Positions 46,403 to 56,528 of a stretch of DNA of 64,000 nucleotides are shown here, piece after piece. The position numbers and the translations under genes were made by a program. The notes under the pieces were generated by a model, which worked only from the letters and a program-made list of their open reading frames with translations, was not told the origin of the DNA and did not search any database. Position 1 is the first letter of the stretch. Each line of letters starts with the position of its first letter. This DNA is from an uncultured virus (IMG/VR IMGVR_UViG_3300032288_004063). Taxonomy: Duplodnaviria > Heunggongvirae > Uroviricota > Caudoviricetes. The stretch lies in the IMG/VR virus record IMGVR_UViG_3300032288_004063; one strand, written 5' to 3'.

Positions 46403-47376
46403 AAAAGCATAAAAAGATAATAGTGTGGGGTGCAAAGTATGATACCGGTCATACACACGCATTCACGCATTCTGCATTCGTAAAAGGTGCTCAATATCTT
46501 GGAGAAGAAGTCTATTGGCTTGATGATCGTGACAATGTTGATCCATCATTCTTTGACGATGCAATAATCTTGTCCGAGCATTGGATTGCAACGACACATC
46601 CAGCAAGTCATAGATTGCCACTAAGAAAGTCTTCGACATATATCATGAACTATCTTGGAAACAAGAAAGGAACTGATAATCCCGGTGCATATTATTATCT
46701 TGGTCGTGTTGGTAGAATAATCGATTTTCGATTTGCAAATGATTGGTCCGACAAATATTGGGAATACAAATACGAACCTGAGAAATATACTCCAATAAAT
46801 GATGGTATATCGCATCTTGAAAAAGGTGAAGAATACGATAACTTCTATAGCATGTGGGCAACAGATCTCATGCCAAATGAAATCAATTTTGATGATAGGT
46901 TTGTGCCATGGCAAGAACCAAAACATGCGTTTTTCTCTGGTACTATTCGTGAAGATAATCATGATCAGTTTGAACCATTCATTCGTGCTTGCAATGAAAA
47001 CAACATGCAGTTTCGATTCAACAATGTTTGGCAGCAAGTTTTGACCATTGATTCAGTAAAGAAACTATCGCTTGATGCATTTCTTGCTCTTGAACTTCGT
47101 CCAAGATTTCATGTGAACAATGGATACAAGTCGTGTCGAGCATTCAAGGTGATTAGTTACGGTCAGCTTGGTATGACAAATTCTCGCGCAGTCTATGATT
47201 ATTTTGATCAAGAGATAGCGTTTCATGAAGATCCATATCAATTGTTTCATGTTGCATCACAGATGAGAAATGATCCCAAGACGAAAGATCTAATTCTAAA
47301 TCAAATGAAGAAGGTTAAAGAAAAGCATACATATGCTAGTAGAATGAAGGATATTATTACAGCTTGTGAAATGTGA
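46399..47376 (+). CDS. Putative glycosyltransferase (GT-B-like)
   Basis: FFSGT, CRAFKVISYG and KEKHTYASR resemble GT-B/CgeB-like C-termini; cluster context. Confidence 0.5.
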   Translation: MKKHKKIIVWGAKYDTGHTHAFTHSAFVKGAQYLGEEVYWLDDRDNVDPSFFDDAIILSEHWIATTHPASHRLPLRKSSTYIMNYLGNKKGTDNPGAYYYLGRVGRIIDFRFANDWSDKYWEYKYEPEKYTPINDGISHLEKGEEYDNFYSMWATDLMPNEINFDDRFVPWQEPKHAFFSGTIREDNHDQFEPFIRACNENNMQFRFNNVWQQVLTIDSVKKLSLDAFLALELRPRFHVNNGYKSCRAFKVISYGQLGMTNSRAVYDYFDQEIAFHEDPYQLFHVASQMRNDPKTKDLILNQMKKVKEKHTYASRMKDIITACEM

Positions 47377-47384
47377 GGTTTATT

Positions 47385-48326
47385 ATGGGCACTATTTTAG
47401 TTACTGGCGGTGCAGGATACATTGGTAGCATTTTCGTAGAGAAGTTGCTACAGCTTGACGGGCATAGGGTTTGTGTTCTTGACAATCTATACTACAATAA
47501 TCAATCATCTCTAAATCATCTAATGCATGACACGCGCCTTGAAGTTAGACGCGGAGATGTTCGTAAACCAAGTGATATTGATCCTCTACTTAGAAAAGCA
47601 GATATCATATTCCCACTAGCTGCCCTTGTAGGAGCTCCTATTTGCAATAGGGATCCTATCGCAGCATCATCAACAAACAAAGATGCTATTTTTTACATGT
47701 TGGACAAGATTAGTCCAAATCAAACGGTAATTATGCCTACGACAAATAGTGCATATGGATCGGGCGATAAAGATAATTTTTGCACGGAGGAGTCGTCTTT
47801 AAATCCAATTTCTCTTTATGCTCGCGATAAAGTTGAAGTTGAAAAAAGATTGATGCAACATCCAAATGCAATTAGCTTTAGACTTGCAACTGTATTTGGA
47901 ATGTCTCCTCGTATGCGTATTGATTTGCTTGTGAACGATTTTACATATCGTGCAGTTCATGATGGATTTGTCGTTTTGTTTGAGAGTCATTTCAAGCGCA
48001 ATTATATTCATGTTCGCGATGTGTGTAATGCATTCATTCATGGAATCAATAATTATCAAAAGATGAATGGTCAAATCTACAATGTTGGTCTTTCTAATGC
48101 GAACATATCAAAACTAGAACTTTGCAAAATGATCCAAACATTTATTCCAAAATTTACTTTCATGGAAGCACCTTACGGTCAAGATCCAGATCAACGAAAC
48201 TACATAGTATCAAATGCCAAAATTGAGGCTACAGGATTCAAGCCAGAATTTTCACTTCAAGATGGCATCGTTGAATTGATCAAGGGTTACGAATTACTTC
48301 GTAATACTCGCCATGGAAATGTATGA
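47385..48326 (+). CDS. NAD-dependent nucleotide-sugar epimerase/dehydratase
   Basis: LVTGGAGYIGS, YARDK (YxxxK), RNYIHVRD motifs. Confidence 0.9.
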   Translation: MGTILVTGGAGYIGSIFVEKLLQLDGHRVCVLDNLYYNNQSSLNHLMHDTRLEVRRGDVRKPSDIDPLLRKADIIFPLAALVGAPICNRDPIAASSTNKDAIFYMLDKISPNQTVIMPTTNSAYGSGDKDNFCTEESSLNPISLYARDKVEVEKRLMQHPNAISFRLATVFGMSPRMRIDLLVNDFTYRAVHDGFVVLFESHFKRNYIHVRDVCNAFIHGINNYQKMNGQIYNVGLSNANISKLELCKMIQTFIPKFTFMEAPYGQDPDQRNYIVSNAKIEATGFKPEFSLQDGIVELIKGYELLRNTRHGNV

Positions 48327-49309
48327 TGATTATCATTAGAACTCCGTATAGAATTTCATTTTTTGGTGGCGGCACAGACTATCCGGCATGGTATCGCGAG
48401 CACGGCGGCTGTGTTTTGTCCACCTCCATAAACAAATGCAGTTTTCTTGTTCTTAGAAAACTGCCAGAGATATTTGATTATCGTTACAAGATTCGCTACT
48501 TCAATGATGAAGTAACGAAGTCGGTAGACGATATCCAAATGCCGACCATTCGTGAAGCGATAAAATACATGAACTTTGAAGAAGGTCTTGATATCACGCA
48601 TCACGGAGATCTGCCTAATCGCACGGGAATTGGATCAAGTTCAAGCTTTACAGTTTCCTTGATTCATGGTCTATCGACTTTGAAAAACGAACAAATTACT
48701 AAAAGAGATCTTGCAAGAAAAGCGATCTATTTGGAGCAAAACATATTGCGTGAATCAGTAGGATCACAAGATCAAGTTGCTGCAGCATTTGGTGGATTCA
48801 ATCGAATTGAATTTGGTGGATATACTGAATTTACAGTTCTTTCATTGCATATCAAGAAAGAAATCTTGCAGGAACTTGAATCGTGGGTTCAATTGTTCTT
48901 TACAGAAAAGCTTCGCAATTCATTTGATATTGCCGAGAAAAAGATAACAAACATTAGTTCAAAAAAGATAGATCTGAATATCATGAAGGATCTTACGCAT
49001 GAAGCCGAGCGTGTTCTCTTCGAACATAGAATATATGATTTCGCAAATCTTCTCAATGATCAATGGAAATTGAAAAAGAGCATGGAGTCATCAATCACGA
49101 ATACTGAAATAGATGATATCTATGATAAAGGAATTCAAGCAGGAGCCGTGGGCGGAAAGCTACTTGGTGCGGGTGGTGGTGGATTTATTCTATTTCTTAC
49201 TCCACCGCATATGCAAAAGAAAGTTGCAGAAAAGTTGAAGTTGAGACAAGTTCCTTTAAACTTCGACTATTTGGGAAGTCAATTGATTTATCACGATTAT
49301 CAGAATTGA
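48323..49309 (+). CDS. GHMP-family sugar kinase (HddA heptose-7-phosphate kinase-like)
   Basis: PYRISFFGGGTD, GIGSSS, GSQDQ, KLLGAGGGGF motifs. Confidence 0.88.
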   Translation: MMIIIRTPYRISFFGGGTDYPAWYREHGGCVLSTSINKCSFLVLRKLPEIFDYRYKIRYFNDEVTKSVDDIQMPTIREAIKYMNFEEGLDITHHGDLPNRTGIGSSSSFTVSLIHGLSTLKNEQITKRDLARKAIYLEQNILRESVGSQDQVAAAFGGFNRIEFGGYTEFTVLSLHIKKEILQELESWVQLFFTEKLRNSFDIAEKKITNISSKKIDLNIMKDLTHEAERVLFEHRIYDFANLLNDQWKLKKSMESSITNTEIDDIYDKGIQAGAVGGKLLGAGGGGFILFLTPPHMQKKVAEKLKLRQVPLNFDYLGSQLIYHDYQN

Positions 49310-49316
49310 GGTTATA

Positions 49317-50267
49317 ATGAAAAAGATATATGTTGCAGGTCATAGCGGTCTCGTCGGATCGGCTATCGTAAGAGTGTTGCGTCAGCAGGGTGAAATGAAT
49401 ATCGTTACCCGTACATCAAAGGAATTGGATCTTACTAATCCTATCGCCGTTGAGAAATTCTTTGAACAAGAAAAACCAACTGAAGTTTATCTAGCAGCTG
49501 CGAAGGTCGGCGGTATCGTTGCTAATAATACTTTTCCCGCAGACATGATCAATGTCAATCTTCGAATTCAGACAAATGTAATAGACACAGCATATAGATA
49601 TGGTGTTCAAAAACTCTTGTTCTTGGGTTCGACATGCATTTATCCAAGAGAATGTCCGCAACCAATTAGGGAAGAGTATTTGCTAACTGGGCATCTTGAG
49701 ATTACAAATGATGCATATGCAATCGCAAAGATTGCTGGTATAAAGATGTGTCAGGCATATAATCGTCAACATGGTACAGATTATCGTGCAGTGATGCCAA
49801 GCAACGTATATGGTCCGGGCGATAATTTTCATCCAGAAAATAATCATCTTGCCGCTGGATTGATGCGTAAATTTCATGAAGCAAAGATCAATGGCACAAA
49901 GGCAGTCTTATGGGGAACAGGAACACCTCGTCGTGAATTCCTATATTGCGAAGATCTTGCTCGCGGATGTATTCATGTATTGAATGCGTCAAAGGAAGAT
50001 TTTGCAAAGACTGGTGGGTTTGTAAATCTTGGACCCGGATATGATCTCGAAATTCGCGATTTTGCAGAGATTCTCGCAAAAGTAGTTGGATATAATGATG
50101 ATTTTCTTTATGACTCTTCGCGCCCAGATGGAACAATGCGTAAGTTGACCGATGTGTCAAAAGCTACAGGATTGGGATGGAAACCTCAGATTTCTCTTGA
50201 GGAAGGTTTGAAAAGAATGTATAATTGGTACACTCAAGGCTTGAAAGATGGAACTGTGAGAATATGA
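49317..50267 (+). CDS. fcl: GDP-L-fucose synthase
   Basis: VAGHSGLVGSA, AAAKVGGI, LGSTCIYP, YAIAK, WGTGTPRREF, PDGTMRK motifs. Confidence 0.92.
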   Translation: MKKIYVAGHSGLVGSAIVRVLRQQGEMNIVTRTSKELDLTNPIAVEKFFEQEKPTEVYLAAAKVGGIVANNTFPADMINVNLRIQTNVIDTAYRYGVQKLLFLGSTCIYPRECPQPIREEYLLTGHLEITNDAYAIAKIAGIKMCQAYNRQHGTDYRAVMPSNVYGPGDNFHPENNHLAAGLMRKFHEAKINGTKAVLWGTGTPRREFLYCEDLARGCIHVLNASKEDFAKTGGFVNLGPGYDLEIRDFAEILAKVVGYNDDFLYDSSRPDGTMRKLTDVSKATGLGWKPQISLEEGLKRMYNWYTQGLKDGTVRI

Positions 50268-51235
50268 GATATCTTGTAACTGGTGGTGCCGGATACATCG
50301 GAAGTCACATTGTAGATGCATTGCTATCCCGTAGACATGAAGTTATCGTTGTAGACAACATGTCTACGGGACAAGAGAAGTTCATTGAACATAACAAGGG
50401 AAACAAGAACTTTCAATTTATCAAGTGTGATTTAAACGATGATCTACCGATGATGGAAGGTGTTGATGGCGTTTATCATTTTGCAGCACACGCTGATATT
50501 AGAAAAGGATTTCTTAATCCAAAAATAGATATTCGCAACAATATTCTTGCGACATCAAACTTGTTGGAATCAATGCGAAAGCATAATGTACGAAAGTTGG
50601 TATTTGCATCTACAAGTGCTGTGCTTGGTGAAGTTGATAGAGCTATGCTTCCTGCATGGGAAACAATTCCGATGCCCGAGCAGACATCACTTTATGGTGC
50701 ATCAAAGCTTGCTGGTGAAGGATTGATTTCTGCTTATTGTGAGGGATATGATCTTGAAGCATATGCGTTTCGCTTTGTTACTGTACTTGGGCCAAGATAT
50801 CCTCACGGTTTTGCATTTGATTTTGTCAAGAAGCTATTGAATAATCCGTATCGCCTTGATGTTCTTGGCGATGGTCGTGGAGTCAAAAGTTCAATTCATG
50901 TCTCTGATGTCGTAAATGCAGTAACGATGATCAGTGAAGACATTCGTCCTGCAAGAAACAAAAAGAGAAAGTATGAAGTTTTCAATATTGGTAACGATAT
51001 GACATATCAGGTTTCCGATGCAGCGAAATGGGTTGCCGATGCGATGGGATTGAAACCTGAAATCGTATATGGCGATACTATCAAAGGATGGCCAGGGGAC
51101 ATTCCTTACATTCATTTGAATACTACGAAGATAAAACAGTATGATTGGAGAGCAAATCATACTCCCAAAAAGTCGATATATGAGACTGTAGATTGGCTAT
51201 TAAACAATCGTTGGATATATGAGGTAAGACAATGA
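50264..51235 (+). CDS. NAD-dependent epimerase (GalE-like)
   Basis: LVTGGAGYIGSH, HFAA, YGASK motifs. Confidence 0.88.
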   Translation: MRYLVTGGAGYIGSHIVDALLSRRHEVIVVDNMSTGQEKFIEHNKGNKNFQFIKCDLNDDLPMMEGVDGVYHFAAHADIRKGFLNPKIDIRNNILATSNLLESMRKHNVRKLVFASTSAVLGEVDRAMLPAWETIPMPEQTSLYGASKLAGEGLISAYCEGYDLEAYAFRFVTVLGPRYPHGFAFDFVKKLLNNPYRLDVLGDGRGVKSSIHVSDVVNAVTMISEDIRPARNKKRKYEVFNIGNDMTYQVSDAAKWVADAMGLKPEIVYGDTIKGWPGDIPYIHLNTTKIKQYDWRANHTPKKSIYETVDWLLNNRWIYEVRQ

Positions 51236-51669
51236 AAATTGCGTTAGTCTCTGGTGGATTTGATCCAATTCATTCTGGTCATATTGAATATTTTCGTTGT
51301 GCAAAAATGTTTGCAGATAGATTGATTGTGGGACTCAATTCAGATAAGTGGTTGATTCGTAAAAAAGGTAACTTTTTTCTTTCATTTCAAGAAAGATTTG
51401 AAATTGTAAAGTCTATTAGATGGGTAGACGAAGTTGTTTCATTTAATGATGACGATGATAGTGCTGCTAGTCTGATACGCGATGTTAGAACAAAATATCC
51501 TGACACTCTAATCATATTTGCAAATGGTGGTGATAGAATAGGTGATACAAGACAAAGTAGACTAGAGATGGAAGCTGCAGATGATAGAATGCTTTTTGCA
51601 GTTGGAGTTGGAGGAACAGGAAAGAAAAATTCTTCATCATTGATTCTAGATAGATGGAAAAAACTATGA
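51232..51669 (+). CDS. Cytidylyl/adenylyltransferase (HIGH family)
   Basis: SGGFDPIHSGH, GLNSD, FANGGDR, NSSS motifs. Confidence 0.85.
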   Translation: MKIALVSGGFDPIHSGHIEYFRCAKMFADRLIVGLNSDKWLIRKKGNFFLSFQERFEIVKSIRWVDEVVSFNDDDDSAASLIRDVRTKYPDTLIIFANGGDRIGDTRQSRLEMEAADDRMLFAVGVGGTGKKNSSSLILDRWKKL

Positions 51670-52412
51670 CAAAGAAAGCAATCATTTTTGTTCCTACAGG
51701 AAACTACCCCGACAAGTTCGATGATAGATACGACAAGAATGCACATTGGAGATCAAAGCATCCTGATCGCACATATGAAATTGTAAGTTGTGTGTATAAG
51801 GAGGGATTTGAACCAGATCCTAACACATATGATTATGTCTATCATATTCGTGGTCATAAGTGGCACATGGTTCGCGATGTATTCAATCAGTTTGATTACA
51901 CAAAGTATGATTATGTTGGTTGCATTGATGACGATGAAATCACAGATGTTTGGAACTTGAACAGAGGTCTGGAGATGGCTCGTCGTTTTGATTTTCGTCT
52001 ATGGCAGTTATCGATGGCTGAAGGTTCTGATATATTCTATGATTGCTTGAAGCAGGATAAAAGAATAGATTTTTCGGAGACTAATTTTATTGAAATGGGA
52101 GTTCCTGTATTTAGATCTGATGTTTTTGCAAAAATCCTCAAAGCTTTGAATAACTGGAAAGAGTTTGAAGTTGGATATGGATTGGACAAGGCATATTGTG
52201 ATATTGCTCAGTCTCATGCTCACGTTGTCCATAATGCCTCAATCTATCATCCGCCAAGAAATGCATATTATGATAAGACTAGTTCAATGAAAGAATTAAA
52301 TGATTTCATGACCACTATATATCCTAAGATGGCTCGTGAAGTTTTTGGTCATGATTCGATGATGATTGATCAGCAAGTAACATATCATAGATTTAAAATG
52401 GGGAATTGGTGA
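51666..52412 (+). CDS. Putative glycosyltransferase-like protein (DUF707-like)
   Basis: YDYVGCIDDD, TNFIEMGVPVF, GYGLD motifs. Confidence 0.5.
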   Translation: MTKKAIIFVPTGNYPDKFDDRYDKNAHWRSKHPDRTYEIVSCVYKEGFEPDPNTYDYVYHIRGHKWHMVRDVFNQFDYTKYDYVGCIDDDEITDVWNLNRGLEMARRFDFRLWQLSMAEGSDIFYDCLKQDKRIDFSETNFIEMGVPVFRSDVFAKILKALNNWKEFEVGYGLDKAYCDIAQSHAHVVHNASIYHPPRNAYYDKTSSMKELNDFMTTIYPKMAREVFGHDSMMIDQQVTYHRFKMGNW

Positions 52413-52960
52413 TGATTATTGATCTTGGTTCTGGACCATGGCCTAAGCCAGATGCGACAGTTCGCGTCGATGTAAATCCTTGGCCTCATGTAAATGTACA
52501 ACATGATTTGTCAAAAGTGCCATATCCTTTTGAATCAAATGTTGCTGACAAGATTTACTTTGGGGATGTAATTGAACATCTTTCAAAGTTTATTGTTGAT
52601 GATGTTCTTAAGGAAATTCATCGTGTTTTAAAACCCGGCGGATTCGTGGAAATCACAACTCCAGACATCGAATGGATTGCCGAACGCATCTACAAGAAAG
52701 ATTGGCACATCATGGCCAATGTTGATTGGCTAAACAAGAACAAGGATCCGTTTGAAGATGCAATGGAAGTAATATTTGCAGGATGGTTGCATGAGACCGA
52801 TCACAAGATTCCTGGCATGGGTCATATCAATGGATTCAATGAAGACAAGCTAAGAAAGTATTTGATGCGAGCTGGATTCAAGGAAATGATGCGCGTTCCT
52901 GACATGAGAAACCCAGAACCTGCTCGCGGTAGCGTTCTAAAAATGCTGGCATACAAATGA
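52406..52960 (+). CDS. SAM-dependent methyltransferase (type 11)
   Basis: IDLGSG, VIEHL, EIHRVLKPGG motifs. Confidence 0.85.
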   Translation: MVMIIDLGSGPWPKPDATVRVDVNPWPHVNVQHDLSKVPYPFESNVADKIYFGDVIEHLSKFIVDDVLKEIHRVLKPGGFVEITTPDIEWIAERIYKKDWHIMANVDWLNKNKDPFEDAMEVIFAGWLHETDHKIPGMGHINGFNEDKLRKYLMRAGFKEMMRVPDMRNPEPARGSVLKMLAYK

Positions 52961-53901
52961 AAAAGATTCTTGTCACGGGTGGTGCTGGGTTCATAGGCAT
53001 CAACTTTGTCAAATACATGACAGATGTATCAAACGCACAAATCGTTGTTGTTGACAAGTTCACTTATGCAAGCAACTCGGATGAACTTGTCAACGTAATG
53101 AAAATACCAACTTATTGTGTCGATATATCAGACAAACAAGATCTTGAAGAAGTATTCAAGGAAAATCAATTTTCTTGCATAGTTCATTTTGCTGCAGAAA
53201 GTCATGTTGATAGATCTATTAAGGATTGCTTACCATTTATACAATCAAACATCATAGGTACTATCAATCTACTTGATCTTGCACTAAAGTATAAAGTAGA
53301 AAAATTTGTGCAAATATCAACTGATGAGGTGTTCGGCGAAGTTCCATATCCCGGAAAATTCAATGAATATTCTAACATTTGTCCGCGCAATCCATATTCA
53401 GCCAGCAAAGCAGCGGCTGAACATTTTGTAGAAGCGTATGGTAATACCTATAAACTACCATATATCATAATCAATTCTTCAAATAATTATGGTCCATGGC
53501 AAAATGCCGAGAAGTTCATTCCCCTGACTATTTCTAGGATCATGAAGAATCAAAAGATTCCTGTGTATGGAACCGGAAGTCAAGTGCGTGATTGGATCTA
53601 TGTGAAAGATGCTGTCGAAGCAATATATCTCATAATGCAAAATGGTCAGATGCAACAGAGATATTGCATTGGTGGTGAAAACGAAATAAGAAACATTGAT
53701 CTTGTTCGTCATATTCTAATGAAGATGGGAGCTGATGAATCATTGATTGAATATGTCAATGATCGACCAGGACACGATGCTAGGTATTCCATGTCGATAG
53801 ACATTGTTAAAAGTGAGTTGAAGTGGTCTCCTCGTTATAGTCTCTCTGAGGGACTGGATGAAACTATAAAATGGATGAAAAAAAATGAAGATAGGATTTA
53901 A
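52957..53901 (+). CDS. rfbB: dTDP-glucose 4,6-dehydratase
   Basis: TGGAGFIG, HFAAESHVDRSI, STDEVFG, PYSASK, NNYGP, DRPGHDARY motifs. Confidence 0.95.
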   Translation: MKKILVTGGAGFIGINFVKYMTDVSNAQIVVVDKFTYASNSDELVNVMKIPTYCVDISDKQDLEEVFKENQFSCIVHFAAESHVDRSIKDCLPFIQSNIIGTINLLDLALKYKVEKFVQISTDEVFGEVPYPGKFNEYSNICPRNPYSASKAAAEHFVEAYGNTYKLPYIIINSSNNYGPWQNAEKFIPLTISRIMKNQKIPVYGTGSQVRDWIYVKDAVEAIYLIMQNGQMQQRYCIGGENEIRNIDLVRHILMKMGADESLIEYVNDRPGHDARYSMSIDIVKSELKWSPRYSLSEGLDETIKWMKKNEDRI

Positions 53902-54364
53902 TTGTAGTAGTTTTGATCTGTTACATGCCGGTCATGTGACGATGCTCAAGATGGAAAAGGAATTGTGTGACTATCTAAAGGTTGCACTTCAAGTCGATCC
54001 TACAATTGATAGACCCGGAATCAAGAATAAGCCTATTCAAAGCATTTATGAAAGATATGTTCAATTGCAAGCCTGCAAGTATGTAGATGAAATTCTTGTA
54101 TATGAAACAGAATTTGATCTATTGCAATTGCTAATGACACAGACAATTCACATTAGATTTCTGAGCGATGAATATTTGAATAGAGATTTTACAGGAAAGC
54201 AATGGTGTATTGACAACGGCATCGAATTGCATTATCATAAGAGACAGCACATATATGGTTCTTCGGAATTGAGAAAGAGAACGTATGAAATGGAGAAAAA
54301 GCGTCTTGATGAAATCATTAACAAAGAGATACCACAACATCATCCGGAATTGTTAAAATCATGA
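53885..54364 (+). CDS. Glycerol-3-phosphate cytidylyltransferase-like (TagD-like)
   Basis: FDLLHAGH, KYVDEI, SSELR motifs. Confidence 0.8.
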   Translation: MKIGFNCSSFDLLHAGHVTMLKMEKELCDYLKVALQVDPTIDRPGIKNKPIQSIYERYVQLQACKYVDEILVYETEFDLLQLLMTQTIHIRFLSDEYLNRDFTGKQWCIDNGIELHYHKRQHIYGSSELRKRTYEMEKKRLDEIINKEIPQHHPELLKS

Positions 54365-55143
54365 TTACATTGATTGGGCATGGATATATTGGTCAAGCAA
54401 TTTGGAACAAGCTACAATATCAGAGCTACATTCCGGCTTATTGGTTGAGTCATAATGAAAGTATTCCAAAAGATACAACAATCATTGTAAATGCAGCTGG
54501 CTATACTGGTTCACCTAATGTAGATGCATGTGAAATTCATAAAGAAGATACGATTGCAGGAAACGTATTGTGGCCATTGAAACTTGAGATGGAAAACAAG
54601 AATACACCAATCATTCATATTTCAAGTGGATGTGTATATACGGGATATGAAAAAGATTTTACAGAAGAAGATGAGCCAAATTTTAACTTTGACAATGGCA
54701 GTTTCTATAGTGGGTCAAAGGCACTAGAGCAGAAATTGCTTGCACCATATATGAACAAGTCTTATCTATTGCGTATTCGTATGCCATTTGGATCAGAAAA
54801 ACATCCAAAGAATTTTCTCACAAAGCTGCAAACATATGCAAAGCTAATTGATTTTCGCAATAGCTTGAGTCATGTTGATGATGTAGCTAATGTTGTATTT
54901 GATTTCATCGCGAAAAGACCAAAGACGGGAATCTATAATCTTACAAATGGTGGTAGCAAGACAACGCGCGAAATAGTAGAAATGATGGGCATGAAGAAGG
55001 ATTGGTTTACTGAAGCTGAATTTTTTTCTGCAGTTAAAGCACCAAGATCTAATTGCGTACTTGATAATAACAAGCTAAAGAACATTTTTCCTATTCGTAA
55101 TATAGATGAAGCATTGAAAGATGCTATTGAAAACTACAAATGA
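54361..55143 (+). CDS. NDP-4-keto-6-deoxyglucose epimerase/reductase (RmlD/NRS-ER-like)
   Basis: GHGYIG, NAAGYTGSPNVDACE, SSGCVY, SFYSGSK, LRIRMP, PRSNCVLD motifs. Confidence 0.82.
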   Translation: MITLIGHGYIGQAIWNKLQYQSYIPAYWLSHNESIPKDTTIIVNAAGYTGSPNVDACEIHKEDTIAGNVLWPLKLEMENKNTPIIHISSGCVYTGYEKDFTEEDEPNFNFDNGSFYSGSKALEQKLLAPYMNKSYLLRIRMPFGSEKHPKNFLTKLQTYAKLIDFRNSLSHVDDVANVVFDFIAKRPKTGIYNLTNGGSKTTREIVEMMGMKKDWFTEAEFFSAVKAPRSNCVLDNNKLKNIFPIRNIDEALKDAIENYK

Positions 55144-55358
55144 AATCCGAAAAAATCATCACATCAAGCTTTTCAGAAACCGGCGCGAAAAGCATGGCGA
55201 AGTTGTTGACAACCAAGTACAATTGTACTATAATAGATAATCCAAAATTTGATAAGAATAGTGGTATGTGGATTACCGCTTATCATGATCCGTCGTTAGG
55301 AAAAGATGATGAAACTAAAATTACTAAAAAGCGGATGTCCAAGAAACAAAAATCTTGA
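55140..55358 (+). CDS. Hypothetical protein
   Basis: 72 aa, ATGA-coupled to the previous gene. Confidence 0.5.
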   Translation: MKSEKIITSSFSETGAKSMAKLLTTKYNCTIIDNPKFDKNSGMWITAYHDPSLGKDDETKITKKRMSKKQKS

Positions 55359-55367
55359 TTTGGTAAC

Positions 55368-56051
55368 ATGATTACACATCCTTTGTTTCCGACTCTTGTC
55401 GCAGAATTTCACTATGACAAAAAAGAAGATTTCAAGAATCGCTTCTTCAATCGCGTTCTTCATCATATGGATGATCATGGCTACTCGATGGAAACAACGG
55501 GTAACGTCAACATACATCTGGACGATGAGCTAAGTGATCTATTCGATTTTGCAGCTTCAAATGCATTTCAGTACTTGAAGACAATGGAAGTAAACGATGA
55601 GTTTGATTTGAATCTTGTGAAGACTTGGTTAAACATCATAACAGAGTTTCATACTCCATATCACAATCATCAGGATTCTCATCTATCTTTCGTATATTAT
55701 GTTCAGATTCCAGAAGGAATGGATAAGCCAGTAAACTTTGCTATTCACGAAAAGCCAAATGAATTATTTCATGGCATGACGAATGCAAACATTGTAAAAT
55801 GGAACATGTGGAATAGTCCTACATGGTTCTTCAATCCCGTTGAAGGACAAATGTTCATGTTTCCAGGTAAGCTATATCACTACACATCGGGTTCTGGTTC
55901 TGGGTCTCCCGATATGCCAGTCAAAACGCTGGATGATCTAAAACCTAGACGTATATCAATAGCAGGAGACTTTGTCCTAACTTACAAGAAAAGAATAGGT
56001 AGAGCATATGGTATCATGCCTGTTTCAAATTGGAAAGTTTATAGACAATAA
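55368..56051 (+). CDS. 2OG-Fe(II) oxygenase-like protein
   Basis: HNH...LSFVYYV, FPGKLYH, RISIAG jelly-roll motifs. Confidence 0.78.
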   Translation: MITHPLFPTLVAEFHYDKKEDFKNRFFNRVLHHMDDHGYSMETTGNVNIHLDDELSDLFDFAASNAFQYLKTMEVNDEFDLNLVKTWLNIITEFHTPYHNHQDSHLSFVYYVQIPEGMDKPVNFAIHEKPNELFHGMTNANIVKWNMWNSPTWFFNPVEGQMFMFPGKLYHYTSGSGSGSPDMPVKTLDDLKPRRISIAGDFVLTYKKRIGRAYGIMPVSNWKVYRQ

Positions 56052-56058
56052 GGAGAAT

Positions 56059-56229
56059 ATGATGAATAAAGTTGAATTTACGCAACGCAAGTATGATGGT
56101 AAGTGGGTCATGTGGTCATATGAAGTGGACCCGACCATTGACTTTGAAGACTTTCGTGGTCGTGAAATGCTGATCCCATATCGCTGGGTTCCGCGTGGTG
56201 TTTATGATTATATTGTGGAGTTCGAATAA
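56059..56229 (+). CDS. Hypothetical protein
   Basis: AAGGAG RBS, 56 aa. Confidence 0.55.
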   Translation: MMNKVEFTQRKYDGKWVMWSYEVDPTIDFEDFRGREMLIPYRWVPRGVYDYIVEFE

Positions 56230-56528
56230 TGGCTAATATCAAAATCATCAAGCTTCTAACTGGAGAAGAACTTATCGGAGACATTGAAGATAGGGGCCTC
56301 TCTTATTCCGTAAAGAACGCTGTATTGATTGCACTTGTTCCAAGTCGCACCAATCCACAGCAACCATCGATTGGTTTGGCGCCATGGATGCCATATGCAG
56401 AAAATGAGCCGATCATGATCTCAAAGCAGAGCATCGTATATGAGGCAAAGCCGATCAAGGAGATGATCAATAACTACAATTCAATTTTTGGTGGAATCAT
56501 CACACCACCTAAGACACTTCTTGTTTGA
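56229..56528 (+). CDS. Hypothetical protein (Sm-like fold) preceding gp43
   Basis: IKLLTGEELIG, LAPWMPY, YNSIFGGIITP motifs. Confidence 0.65.
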   Translation: MANIKIIKLLTGEELIGDIEDRGLSYSVKNAVLIALVPSRTNPQQPSIGLAPWMPYAENEPIMISKQSIVYEAKPIKEMINNYNSIFGGIITPPKTLLV

